64,000 bases of DNA from a virus (taxonomy: Duplodnaviria > Caudoviricetes): IMG/VR virus record IMGVR_UViG_3300038679_000051, positions 128,001 to 192,000 of that record. One strand, 5' to 3'. Below the pieces are notes generated by a model. It saw only the letters and a list, made by a program, of their open reading frames with translations, searched no databases and was not told the origin of the DNA. Made by a program: the position numbers and the translations under genes. Every line of letters starts with the position of its first letter. Within the stretch, counting starts at the first letter, position 1. Positions 55,526-64,000 of the stretch are shown piece by piece.

Positions 55526-55811
55526 TGTCTTTTATGATTCAGCACGTGAATTGATAATTATTACACATGATGGTAAGAAACGATATGTAGATTTACGCGC
55601 CAACGTTTTAGATACGGAACGGAACATATTAAATGAAATTATCGGATTACATGAGAAGAGTTGGTGTAATGGCAAAATGTTGTATGATTTTATTACTGCC
55701 ATGCAGGAAGCCATAAATGCGCGATTTGGCGTAGATATAAGAGCATTGCATGGTAGGAAGTTGAACTGGCGTAGTGGCAAGATTGAAGAGGAGACGACGA
55801 ATGAGATATGA
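55515..55811 (+). CDS. hypothetical protein
   Basis: 98 aa; GGGGGAG SD. Confidence 0.55.
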   Translation: MTNDVFYDSARELIIITHDGKKRYVDLRANVLDTERNILNEIIGLHEKSWCNGKMLYDFITAMQEAINARFGVDIRALHGRKLNWRSGKIEEETTNEI

Positions 55812-56133
55812 TTATGCTTGTGACAAATGCGAGACGGTTTTAGAAGTGACGCATGGGATGTTAGAAAAACCGACAATAAAATGCGATAAATGTCATCGTG
55901 TTATGCGTCTGGTGTTCAGCGTACCGATGGTGTATGTCCGTGGATATGGGTGGTGTGACAAAAAAGGTGCGAAACGGGATATGAATTTGTGGAAGTTGAA
56001 GAATGAAGATCCATACGCCAAAATCAGACCACCAGGAGATAAAAGTGATTTAGAACATAAATTAACACAAGGCGGTAAGAGACAGAAGAATCGTCGGCAT
56101 TATGCCGTGAATCTTGGTAAGAAGAAGAAATGA
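55801..56133 (+). CDS. FmdB-family zinc-ribbon protein
   Basis: MRYDYACDKC...CDKC...LVFS.P.V...G.GW; GAGGAG SD. Confidence 0.8.
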   Translation: MRYDYACDKCETVLEVTHGMLEKPTIKCDKCHRVMRLVFSVPMVYVRGYGWCDKKGAKRDMNLWKLKNEDPYAKIRPPGDKSDLEHKLTQGGKRQKNRRHYAVNLGKKKK

Positions 56134-57242
56134 TATATCTCTGTACGGCATTTAAACGTAATGGACTACCAATAATGTCATGTTTATATGGGAATGACAT
56201 AGAGATGATTCCATTGTATTGTGAAAATAATAAATTAAAGACTATTGACGCGAATAAAAAGAAAATTAGTGACCTCACAAAAAACAATCAAGTGATGATA
56301 CTGGATTGTAAGGCACATTTTGATGTCTTCGACATTACATCATCTGAAGTTTATGAGGCATTGCCTACGGCACATATCAGCGACATGGGAATTTTAAATG
56401 ATGTTAAAAAGACGTTGTTGAAATGCATGCATGTGATGACCGACGTGAAGAAACCGTCTTTGTGGCGGAAAACCATAGCTGATGCCGCGAAGATATACAC
56501 AAAATTACAGAACATAAAAATTATGGTTGATGGACAATACGTTCAACCAAAATACTATGTCGACACTTTTAGTGGTAGATCAAGAGCTACCGATTTTCCG
56601 ATTCAAACGACCAATGACAATCTCACCGTTGACGTGGATTTCGATTATTTCATCCATCTTGACTGGTTGTCAGCCGACATGCGCATCGCGTCGATATTAT
56701 CAAATGATGCAGATCTCATATCGTCGTTTGAACGTTCAGATCCATATACTTATCTTTCAGAAACATTAGATTTACCGCGTCATGATTGTAAAACTAGTCT
56801 CTTGGCGGCGATTTATTCGCTCACCATCGATGAACCGATATTACAATGTTTTCCGAGATTTAGAGATTGGATGGATGATACTGTCAAGAAGTTGCGATCT
56901 AATAAACATGCTGATTCAATATTGGGTAGAAGATTTTATATGTCCGATAAGACTAGTGATAAAACTTTATTTAATGCAACCATACAAGGATCAGTGGCAC
57001 ATGCCATGCATCTGGTTTTAAAAAGAGCGTTTGATTCCAGACACCGTAACGTATTTACGGAGTTACAGGATTCTTTGGTACTAATTGCGAAGAAAGATGA
57101 AGTTGGAGATGTGCTTGAGGATGTGCTTGACATCATGCTACATCCATTTGAGGGCGTTTTAGACGACAATCCAACGTTCCCTGTGAGAGTAAGCATAGGC
57201 AAGAAATGGAGAAATTGGAAAAAATATAAGGAATTCAGATGA
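56130..57242 (+). CDS. compact family A DNA polymerase
   Basis: SGRS, motif A DWLSADMR, motif B RHDCKTSLLAAIYS, ILGRR, NATIQGSVA, motif C LQDSL. Confidence 0.82.
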   Translation: MIYLCTAFKRNGLPIMSCLYGNDIEMIPLYCENNKLKTIDANKKKISDLTKNNQVMILDCKAHFDVFDITSSEVYEALPTAHISDMGILNDVKKTLLKCMHVMTDVKKPSLWRKTIADAAKIYTKLQNIKIMVDGQYVQPKYYVDTFSGRSRATDFPIQTTNDNLTVDVDFDYFIHLDWLSADMRIASILSNDADLISSFERSDPYTYLSETLDLPRHDCKTSLLAAIYSLTIDEPILQCFPRFRDWMDDTVKKLRSNKHADSILGRRFYMSDKTSDKTLFNATIQGSVAHAMHLVLKRAFDSRHRNVFTELQDSLVLIAKKDEVGDVLEDVLDIMLHPFEGVLDDNPTFPVRVSIGKKWRNWKKYKEFR

Positions 57243-57391
57243 ATGAGCGAAAGAGACTAAAGAGAAAGAAACGACGAGAGATACAGATTGCCGAGAAGTT
57301 GAGAGAGAGAAGATTGAGACTGAGAGAGCGAAAAAGGCGAGATGACGAAGAGCGAGATAAGATTGATAAATTGATGAAGAAATTGGGGTAA
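57239..57391 (+). CDS. 50-aa highly charged peptide
   Basis: Not in track. MNERKRLKRKKRRE...DKLMKKLG; ATGA overlap with the Pol A stop. Confidence 0.5.
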   Translation: MNERKRLKRKKRREIQIAEKLRERRLRLRERKRRDDEERDKIDKLMKKLG

Positions 57392-57395
57392 GACG

Positions 57396-57887
57396 ATGAG
57401 TCAGGATGAATTCGAATCAATTTTTGATGAGCTTCCGTCGGAAATTAAAGATCTATTGGTTAGGATCAAAATAAGCATTCCTAATCGTAAACCAATAAGT
57501 TGTAATGTTATGCCATTGGTAAAGACATCATATGATCATCTTGAAGATCAACTGCAACAGACGCCATCGATTTTCTGTTTTTGGGGTATGGTCCATGCTG
57601 AGCAAAAGATGATTGTATCCGTATTGGAATTAAATTTGCAGAAGCGTAAAGCAACACTTGCTACCGACATGATAAAACAATCCAAAGAAGACGGATTTGA
57701 CATCCGTAGGAGCGATATAAAGGACGTATTAGAATCAGACACGGAGGTTTTACGTCTGCAGGCTAAGTTAGTATTGGAAGAGAAGTCACTGAATAAGATG
57801 AACGTATTGATGGATGCACTACGCATGAAGTCTGAGCATTTGCGCTCATTGAGTGGGTTTAAGAAGCAAGAGTTAAGGGACGCATGA
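57396..57887 (+). CDS. uvsY: UvsY-like recombination mediator
   Basis: Helical; QTPSIFCFW...DIKDVLESD...ALRMKSEHLRSL; directly upstream of the SSB gene. Confidence 0.65.
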   Translation: MSQDEFESIFDELPSEIKDLLVRIKISIPNRKPISCNVMPLVKTSYDHLEDQLQQTPSIFCFWGMVHAEQKMIVSVLELNLQKRKATLATDMIKQSKEDGFDIRRSDIKDVLESDTEVLRLQAKLVLEEKSLNKMNVLMDALRMKSEHLRSLSGFKKQELRDA

Positions 57888-57914
57888 CCGCTGAGAGCGG
57901 AAGGGAGACAAAGC

Positions 57915-59021
57915 ATGGCGATTACGAAAGAGGAACTTGAGAAAATCAGGAAACGGATGTTGGACAAGAAATCTGGTGGATTTCATCGTGATCCATTGAA
58001 ATTTTCGATAGACAAGACGAAGTTGCCTAAGGATGGTTCACCAGTCATCTATCGATTTAGGATTTTGCCGCCAGTGTCGAGTGGTGACAAAGTGTTGATT
58101 GACGACAAACAGGTCGTCGCGAATGCTGATTTGGATTGGTGCGTTGAACATGGCAGTCATTGGTTCAACAATAAGAATTATGGTTGCCCTCGCATATCCG
58201 ACAATGGGAAATGTCCGGTTTGCGATATCGGATTTAATTTGTTTAAAAGTGTGACGGACAAAGACAAAAGGTCGAGCATTGCAAAACAATATCTATCTAA
58301 GACGTTTTGGGCGGTTAACGTGTATTTTCTAAATGCTTCACCAAACCCAGAAGAGGTTCGTGGCAAGGTGATGTGGATGGATCTGAATAAATCATTGTAT
58401 GATATTTGTGAGCAATGCATCATGTCTGACGATGGTGGTGATGATGAAGTTGATCCGAAAGCCTTCGGTGCATTCTTTGATCAGGACGAAGGATATGTTC
58501 TACAGATGGAAGTCAAATTAGACAATGGTTATCAATCATATAAGACTAGCAGATTTCTGCCTAGAACCAAAGGTCCGTTGGCGAAAACTTCGTCTGGTGA
58601 AGCAGATTTAGCTAGAGTAAAAGACATTTTATCAAAGCGACAATTGCTCACTGATAAGATTGATCAAATTAATATTGATGAGTTAAATCAAATCGCTGAG
58701 AGCATCTGCGACGATGATGCGGATGCAGAGGAGACCGTAGAAGAGAATGTCACGGAAGCGTCTACGGTCGTGCAACCGGGCAATAAGGGTAGACCAAAAC
58801 CAATGACGGAAGATGTCGTCGAAGATGTCGTCGAAGATGTTGTCGAAGAGGAGAAACCAGTAGAAAAGGCGAAGCCGAAACCACCGAAAAAGAAAACGGA
58901 GCCGGAACCAGAATCGGAACCAGAATCAGCGGAATCGGCGGAATCGGAACCTGGATCAGAATTCGATAATGATCCAGAATTGGCTAAATTGATGAATACA
59001 CTAAAAACGAAGAAGAAATAA
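57915..59021 (+). CDS. T4 gp32-like single-stranded DNA-binding protein
   Basis: FRILPP, H.F...CP...CPVC Zn site, F.VNVY, long acidic tail. Confidence 0.85.
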   Translation: MAITKEELEKIRKRMLDKKSGGFHRDPLKFSIDKTKLPKDGSPVIYRFRILPPVSSGDKVLIDDKQVVANADLDWCVEHGSHWFNNKNYGCPRISDNGKCPVCDIGFNLFKSVTDKDKRSSIAKQYLSKTFWAVNVYFLNASPNPEEVRGKVMWMDLNKSLYDICEQCIMSDDGGDDEVDPKAFGAFFDQDEGYVLQMEVKLDNGYQSYKTSRFLPRTKGPLAKTSSGEADLARVKDILSKRQLLTDKIDQINIDELNQIAESICDDDADAEETVEENVTEASTVVQPGNKGRPKPMTEDVVEDVVEDVVEEEKPVEKAKPKPPKKKTEPEPESEPESAESAESEPGSEFDNDPELAKLMNTLKTKKK

Positions 59022-59839
59022 TGCATTTATTGGTGGACGGTAAAAATTGTGCATATCGTGCATTGTTCGTGTCAAGGTCCACGAACGTACATCCAGTGAC
59101 GATTATGGTTCGTTTCATAGGATCATATGTCGAAAAATTTAGCCCATCCCACGTCCACATATTTTGGGAGGGACCTAGTCGGCAACTGTGGAGAAAATCT
59201 TTATATAAGGCATATAAAGATAATCGGCACCAGGATCATGGTTTTGATGTCGAAGAGCATATACGAATGACGCAGATTGCTGCAATTGAGCTATTCACAT
59301 GGCTCAATTGCAGACAATATCATAAATCATTTATGGAAGCGGACGATTTGATATATGCATTTTGTCGCTCGAATCTCGGCAAATCACTAATAATTTCAAG
59401 CGATGGTGATTTTCGACAATTATGTTATGCGTTTAAAAATGTGTCTTTATATGACCCAATGAAGAATGCGACATATGTCCCAGGTGATGTTGATCCATTA
59501 GAATTGAAGTGTTTCCATGGCGATAAATCAGACAACATTAGTGGTTATAAGGGCATTGGTCCTAAAAGGGCAATACAATTAATCAATGATATAAACAAAC
59601 AAAATGAATTTCTTAATCACAATGGCAGAGACATTTATCTGTTAAATAGAAGATTGATTGATTTGTCATTGTGTCCATATGTAGCGGACAACATTCTACA
59701 TATTAGAAGCATGATAACGAAAGAATCGAAATTTGACAAAAATAAAGTGGTGGAAATGATCAAGAAACACAAGATCATTGGACTCATGACCGAAATGCGC
59801 ATATGTGAGAGACGTTTCGGGGCGATGAAAGGGTGGTAA
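59021..59839 (+). CDS. 5'-3' exonuclease / flap endonuclease (T4 RNase H, Pol I N-domain family)
   Basis: LVDG, EADDLI, SSDGDFRQL, GDKSDNI.G.KGIGPKRA. Confidence 0.92.
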   Translation: MHLLVDGKNCAYRALFVSRSTNVHPVTIMVRFIGSYVEKFSPSHVHIFWEGPSRQLWRKSLYKAYKDNRHQDHGFDVEEHIRMTQIAAIELFTWLNCRQYHKSFMEADDLIYAFCRSNLGKSLIISSDGDFRQLCYAFKNVSLYDPMKNATYVPGDVDPLELKCFHGDKSDNISGYKGIGPKRAIQLINDINKQNEFLNHNGRDIYLLNRRLIDLSLCPYVADNILHIRSMITKESKFDKNKVVEMIKKHKIIGLMTEMRICERRFGAMKGW

Positions 59840-59840
59840 A

Positions 59841-60071
59841 ATGAAAATTTGGAGAAAAGCCTGGATAATTGTCCTGTTTATGTGTGTCAGTGGATGCGTA
59901 TCTCGTGTAGTAAAAGAAAATGTAAGAGTTAATACGGAAACGCAGAAAGAATACGTGAAGAGAATGGATGAAGGAAATACTACGTCAGATCAAGACAAAG
60001 AGGTCATTAGAGCACAATCAAGGAATTGGGAAGCCATTAATCGTTATTTAAATGGAGATCATGATGAATAA
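59841..60071 (+). CDS. putative lipoprotein
   Basis: Basic N-terminus, hydrophobic stretch, VSG-C lipobox. Confidence 0.55.
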   Translation: MKIWRKAWIIVLFMCVSGCVSRVVKENVRVNTETQKEYVKRMDEGNTTSDQDKEVIRAQSRNWEAINRYLNGDHDE

Positions 60072-60417
60072 TTGGATAGACAATATGATCGATGTCATAG
60101 GTGATGATGTTACCGTTGATGTCATTAAATTCATAAAAGACAACAGGAATGTGATATCGAGGCTTGGCTCTGATGGGTTTAGACAGATACTTGAAATGAT
60201 AAAGGTTGGCAAGGAATCGGACGCGAGGATAATGTTGCTGAAGTCGATGGACAATTGGGAATTGATTGATGTTATGAATCAAACTGCAGAGGCATTGATT
60301 GCCTCTGCAAAATTTAAAATAGAATTTAATCAATTTCTGCTAGATTTGTTTGTTCAGATCGGTAAATCAGTCGCTACTAAGCTGTTGTTCTTTTTTCTTT
60401 CTCAGATTAGGGGATGA
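60052..60417 (+). CDS. hypothetical protein
   Basis: 121 aa, tiled. Confidence 0.55.
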   Translation: MEIMMNNWIDNMIDVIGDDVTVDVIKFIKDNRNVISRLGSDGFRQILEMIKVGKESDARIMLLKSMDNWELIDVMNQTAEALIASAKFKIEFNQFLLDLFVQIGKSVATKLLFFFLSQIRG

Positions 60418-60420
60418 TCA

Positions 60421-60663
60421 ATGAAATTGTCAATAATGGAAACAATGTCACCTAGTGAGGCAATATATGGATTTCTTGGGTGGTTGACGACTAGACCAGA
60501 AGTGACCAAATTTGGGGGTGCCTGTGATTGTGCTCCTGCTGCTCAACTTGCTGATAAGTGGTGCAAAGAGAATGATTTAGATGAACCAACTGATGTATTT
60601 CCAGACAACATAAAACATCCGAAGTCCGAACCTGGGTCCAAAATAAAAGGAGAAGAGAAATGA
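60421..60663 (+). CDS. hypothetical protein
   Basis: 80 aa, 4-nt overlap with the next gene. Confidence 0.55.
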   Translation: MKLSIMETMSPSEAIYGFLGWLTTRPEVTKFGGACDCAPAAQLADKWCKENDLDEPTDVFPDNIKHPKSEPGSKIKGEEK

Positions 60664-61163
60664 AAAAGATTTTGTCTGTGGTGGTTTTGGCGTTGATGTT
60701 AGCCAGCGTTGGTTGTGCGCCCCCGAAACCAGAAGACCAGAAAAAGATTGTGGATATAATTAGAATATCATCTAAAGCAGCCACTAAGGTTGGATTTGAT
60801 TATTTCGACAAGAAAGATCATAAGGCGGCAGTCAAGACTGCAGATGAAGTCAATAAAGCAATTGTTGAGGTGGTGTTGCCATATCTAAATGGTGAGGCAG
60901 TGACTGTGGCGAGTTTTGTGGTTAGTGAGATGCTACAAGAGAAATTTTTTGATAAATTAGATGTTGAAATCAAATTGGCTATTATTTCTGCTGCTACTAT
61001 CTTAGATATTTATATCTCTCCACCAGATCCAACTAAGAAATTAACGAAGGAAGAATTGGATTATATGAAGGCTTTCTTTGAGGGCGTTGCGTCTGGGACG
61101 GATGGATTTGGCAATAAATTGAACGTAACTGAGAGACAGCAACATTCACGATGGTTTAAATGA
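60660..61163 (+). CDS. putative lipoprotein
   Basis: MKKILSVVVLALMLASVG-C signal peptide and lipobox. Confidence 0.65.
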   Translation: MKKILSVVVLALMLASVGCAPPKPEDQKKIVDIIRISSKAATKVGFDYFDKKDHKAAVKTADEVNKAIVEVVLPYLNGEAVTVASFVVSEMLQEKFFDKLDVEIKLAIISAATILDIYISPPDPTKKLTKEELDYMKAFFEGVASGTDGFGNKLNVTERQQHSRWFK

Positions 61164-61171
61164 GGTGAAAT

Positions 61172-61399
61172 ATGGGATGTGGATGTGGTGGTAAAAAACG
61201 CCAAATACCAAATGCTTCAAATTCTGCAAACGCCTATAATCCACGACCACAAACAACACAAACAACTGTAACCCAACAGAGATGCCCAAAATGTTCTTGG
61301 CCGACGAGAAAATTTAATCATTATGACCACAAACTCAAGACGTTTGTAAATACTTTTGTGTGTTCTAATACGTCTTGTAGACAGAGGTTGACAAAATGA
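61172..61399 (+). CDS. small Cys-rich protein (MGCGCGG; C-terminal CxxC...CxxxxC)
   Basis: GAGGTG SD. Confidence 0.6.
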   Translation: MGCGCGGKKRQIPNASNSANAYNPRPQTTQTTVTQQRCPKCSWPTRKFNHYDHKLKTFVNTFVCSNTSCRQRLTK

Positions 61400-61836
61400 T
61401 TACAATTATTTGTTGGGTGGCTGCCGTGGCGTATGTCGAGGCGGTAACTGAGATATTGTTGACTGGCAACATCTTTAGTAATCAGCGGCATTGGTTATTA
61501 AATAGATCAAATGAACCATTTGCATGGTATGAAAAGGGACCATATAAATGGTTCATTTGTTTTGTTGCCGAATTGGCGACGTGTGGTCACTGTTTGTCCG
61601 TATGGGTTGCTGGCACGATATTTTGGGCATTGCCATTAACTTTAACAGATTATGAGATCGTAGATTATGCCATCAAGTTATTCTTTTTACATAGGATGTC
61701 GAACGTTCTTCACGAACTTTTGTCAAGGTGGTTCAATCGAATTCCATTTAATTTAGTTATAACTAAAATTGAAAACACTCAGAGTATTTTAAAAGATGAG
61801 ATAGGAGAAACCAAAAATGACGAGCAAAACGAATAA
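61396..61836 (+). CDS. DUF1360-like membrane protein
   Basis: ELATCGHCLSVWVA motif with flanking hydrophobic helices. Confidence 0.6.
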   Translation: MITIICWVAAVAYVEAVTEILLTGNIFSNQRHWLLNRSNEPFAWYEKGPYKWFICFVAELATCGHCLSVWVAGTIFWALPLTLTDYEIVDYAIKLFFLHRMSNVLHELLSRWFNRIPFNLVITKIENTQSILKDEIGETKNDEQNE

Positions 61837-62275
61837 GATTGAACCAATCAACATTACGTGTCTGGGTGACATCAAACGAGTCATAAATAAATTTAACACC
61901 GGATCAGTTGGTGAGACGAAATTATCTACTGAAGTGTCTTATGAACAAGATGGAAAACCAATCAAAGAATTAGTCGAAGCAATTGTTCATAATACTTCGC
62001 CTAGAGCGATGTTGATCGAGGGTCTTGAGATAGTCAAAAAGAGAATTGATTTTCAGACAGCCAGCAGAGAATTATATGACCAAATAGAATCATCTCATTG
62101 GAAATCAAGCAATTTATTTGATATGGACATAAACAAGACGTTCTTCTGGGTCGATTCGTTGATTAAAAATCGTCTCGGTGGAGTTAGATATAATTTGTGC
62201 GTTAGGTGGTCCATTAAAGATGAGACATATGAATGGGATCCGTTTACGGGTGATCTAAGGGAAATAAAGAAATGA
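61817..62275 (+). CDS. hypothetical protein
   Basis: 152 aa; AGGAG SD. Confidence 0.6.
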   Translation: MTSKTNKIEPINITCLGDIKRVINKFNTGSVGETKLSTEVSYEQDGKPIKELVEAIVHNTSPRAMLIEGLEIVKKRIDFQTASRELYDQIESSHWKSSNLFDMDINKTFFWVDSLIKNRLGGVRYNLCVRWSIKDETYEWDPFTGDLREIKK

Positions 62276-62568
62276 ATGGGTTTACATATGCACAATATTT
62301 GCCGATTGCCGATTGGCGTCCGATTGTTGGTGATTTCGTGATATGGCACGGGTGGTTTACGCATTGGTTTGGATATGTGACGTCGATAGACAATAAAGGA
62401 TGTCTATCGATAGTTAAGTCGGGATTGCCGACGTTATTGATGAGGATGAATCAGACTGACATGATTAGAAACACAATTAAAATGAATATGTTTAAGATAA
62501 TGGAGTCGAAACATGGCGGATACGCAGCAATACAATTATCACGCGGATCAATAGTGTGGTACATATGA
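62272..62568 (+). CDS. hypothetical protein
   Basis: 98 aa, tiled. Confidence 0.55.
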   Translation: MNGFTYAQYLPIADWRPIVGDFVIWHGWFTHWFGYVTSIDNKGCLSIVKSGLPTLLMRMNQTDMIRNTIKMNMFKIMESKHGGYAAIQLSRGSIVWYI

Positions 62569-63050
62569 TTCCAACCCCGTTGCCATATCCAATATTTAGT
62601 ACGATCACTGAGTTACATGATAAGGCTTTGGTTTATGTGGTAAAGAAATATGAAATGTCGGGCATAAGCATAATTGCATCTAGAGTAAGTGAGGGATTTA
62701 TGATCAGGGTTGCTGATTGGGTTGGAAATCTTATAGATCCGACTCCATCAGATGACATAAATAAAATTTTGTTAATAATTAAACATGCGAGAATAGCACA
62801 ATCACAATGGTATTTCAGTGGTGGTAAATTAGTTGACATTAGGAAATCAATTGATTCATTTGTGGGTCCAGGGATGTTACGAGATTTATGTGGCAAGGTT
62901 TTTGATACGCAGGAGGTCATTGAGATAGGTGAATTTGGTTCAATCAAAACCAAATCAGAATTGAAAGGATCAATCATTAAACCGGCCAGATTTAGAACGA
63001 TCGCAAAAGACGATGAATTAATCCCATTATATGGCATATTAGGAGATTGA
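62556..63050 (+). CDS. hypothetical protein, possible degenerate ligase fold
   Basis: KKYEMSG near the N-terminus and IIKP near the C-terminus weakly recall ligase motifs I and V. Confidence 0.45.
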   Translation: MVHMIPTPLPYPIFSTITELHDKALVYVVKKYEMSGISIIASRVSEGFMIRVADWVGNLIDPTPSDDINKILLIIKHARIAQSQWYFSGGKLVDIRKSIDSFVGPGMLRDLCGKVFDTQEVIEIGEFGSIKTKSELKGSIIKPARFRTIAKDDELIPLYGILGD

Positions 63051-63577
63051 TAATGCTGATTGTGATGGGTGGTCTGCCAAAGTCAGGCAAAACAATCATA
63101 GCAAATCATATCGCAAACAAATTTGGTGCGACATTATTTGGCGTTGACCATCTTTTACCAGAGAACATTGATCAATTTCCAGAAGATGAACAGAAAGAAA
63201 TTAGATTATATGCTTGGAAACAATGTCACAGTTCTACGATCAAATTTTGTTCAAATAAGAAGAAATCACGCGAAATCGCAATTTATGACACTGCGGGTAG
63301 TAGCGTAATGATATTGGAAGAGATTAAGAGATTGTGTTCGATATATGATCATGGCATGGTATATGTGTACGTTCATGATACCATGGAACGTTGTCACAAA
63401 AGAGGAGTTGATAAGAAATTATTAAATGATTATTTTGAGAAATTTATGGTGGTATTGAAACGTTTTCGTGATTGCGTAGAGATAATTAAAAATAGTGGGA
63501 CGCCGGACCATTTTGTGTCCTCTGGAGAGGAATTATGTCAAAGATTGAGTTCGAAAATCCAAATGATTTCGCAGTAA
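63047..63577 (+). CDS. P-loop kinase (AAA_33 / polynucleotide kinase-like)
   Basis: MGGLPKSGKT, VD, IYDTAG, CHKR lid. Confidence 0.8.
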   Translation: MIMLIVMGGLPKSGKTIIANHIANKFGATLFGVDHLLPENIDQFPEDEQKEIRLYAWKQCHSSTIKFCSNKKKSREIAIYDTAGSSVMILEEIKRLCSIYDHGMVYVYVHDTMERCHKRGVDKKLLNDYFEKFMVVLKRFRDCVEIIKNSGTPDHFVSSGEELCQRLSSKIQMISQ

Positions 63578-64000
63578 CTCTCGCTGGTCCAAACGGTCGT
63601 CAACTTACAGTCGGCGGCCGTGGGAGGGTTCTGTTGGATGATTGGTGGATGAGATATAGCCCACAACATTTACGGGTAATCAAGGAATCAAATGCTGGGA
63701 TTAGGGTAGTCTCGTCAATGAAAATGCAAACAATTAAACCTAACATAGTCAGACCAAACATTCAGAATCTACCAGTCGCCAACAAAATCGCCTTGAGGAA
63801 TCAAGACCAAAATCGGAAACTCAATGCAGTACAGCAGAGGCGTGCACAATTGATAGACAAGAAAAGAGTTGGTAGGTCAGTATACGTCAATGAGCAGTCT
63901 ACGAAACATTACATTGAAGTAATTTCTAAACTAAATCAATTCGTTCCATCGTTTTCGAGCAATATTGGGGTCGGAATATTGAGTTATAATAGATTGGATT
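63535..64000 (+). CDS. 5' part of probable GT2 glycosyltransferase with basic N-extension (truncated by window)
   Basis: Not in track. Open from ATG 63535 (GGAGAGG SD) to the window end; finishes NIGVGILSYNRLD, a GT2 first-strand pattern. Confidence 0.6.
   Translation, partial: MSKIEFENPNDFAVTLAGPNGRQLTVGGRGRVLLDDWWMRYSPQHLRVIKESNAGIRVVSSMKMQTIKPNIVRPNIQNLPVANKIALRNQDQNRKLNAVQQRRAQLIDKKRVGRSVYVNEQSTKHYIEVISKLNQFVPSFSSNIGVGILSYNRLD

Noticed and set aside
1-64000. Stop-codon reassignment (code 15 or 4), as in some huge phages
   Set aside because: Genes are full length under code 11. The only TAG interruption (46447) is followed by in-frame TGA and needs a frame change, so readthrough does not repair it.

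Overview
A 64-kb, AT-rich, gene-dense segment of a large tailed dsDNA (jumbo-type) bacteriophage, read in standard code 11. No tRNA, rRNA, CRISPR array or transposase was recognised. From left to right it holds: Cys-rich baseplate/tail genes; a minimal topoisomerase IB; an island of about 8 glycosyltransferase-like genes plus an FkbM methyltransferase; a dNTP module (dut, tmk, dcd, DeoC-like, NDT-like); two head-to-head sigma-like genes; SbcCD (gp46/47) and a DinG helicase; two paralogous fibre genes, one with poly-Ser stalks and an Asp-box propeller; an ~800-bp non-coding strand-switch region with a GC-rich structured element and (TTTTAATC)x16; an actin-like ATPase; and a hybrid replisome (fragmented DnaE, RecA, DnaB/gp41, mini Pol A, UvsY, gp32, 5'-3' exonuclease). 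The most striking observation is the DnaE locus. It is split into a stand-alone PHP gene, a second partial N-piece ending in a Hint/intein-like remnant, and a 46-codon ORF beginning with the complementary remnant. That short ORF ends at CCT GAC TAG T GAC ATT GAT ATC GAC, where the catalytic PDIDID motif is restored only by a 7-nt GAC-to-GAC hop. This is a candidate for programmed translational bypassing, but an assembly error or independent initiation at GTG 46361 is not excluded. A GTATT element sits at a fixed distance before several SD-less starts, including that short ORF, suggesting phage-specific leaderless promoters. All family assignments come from motif recognition by eye; no database searches were run.
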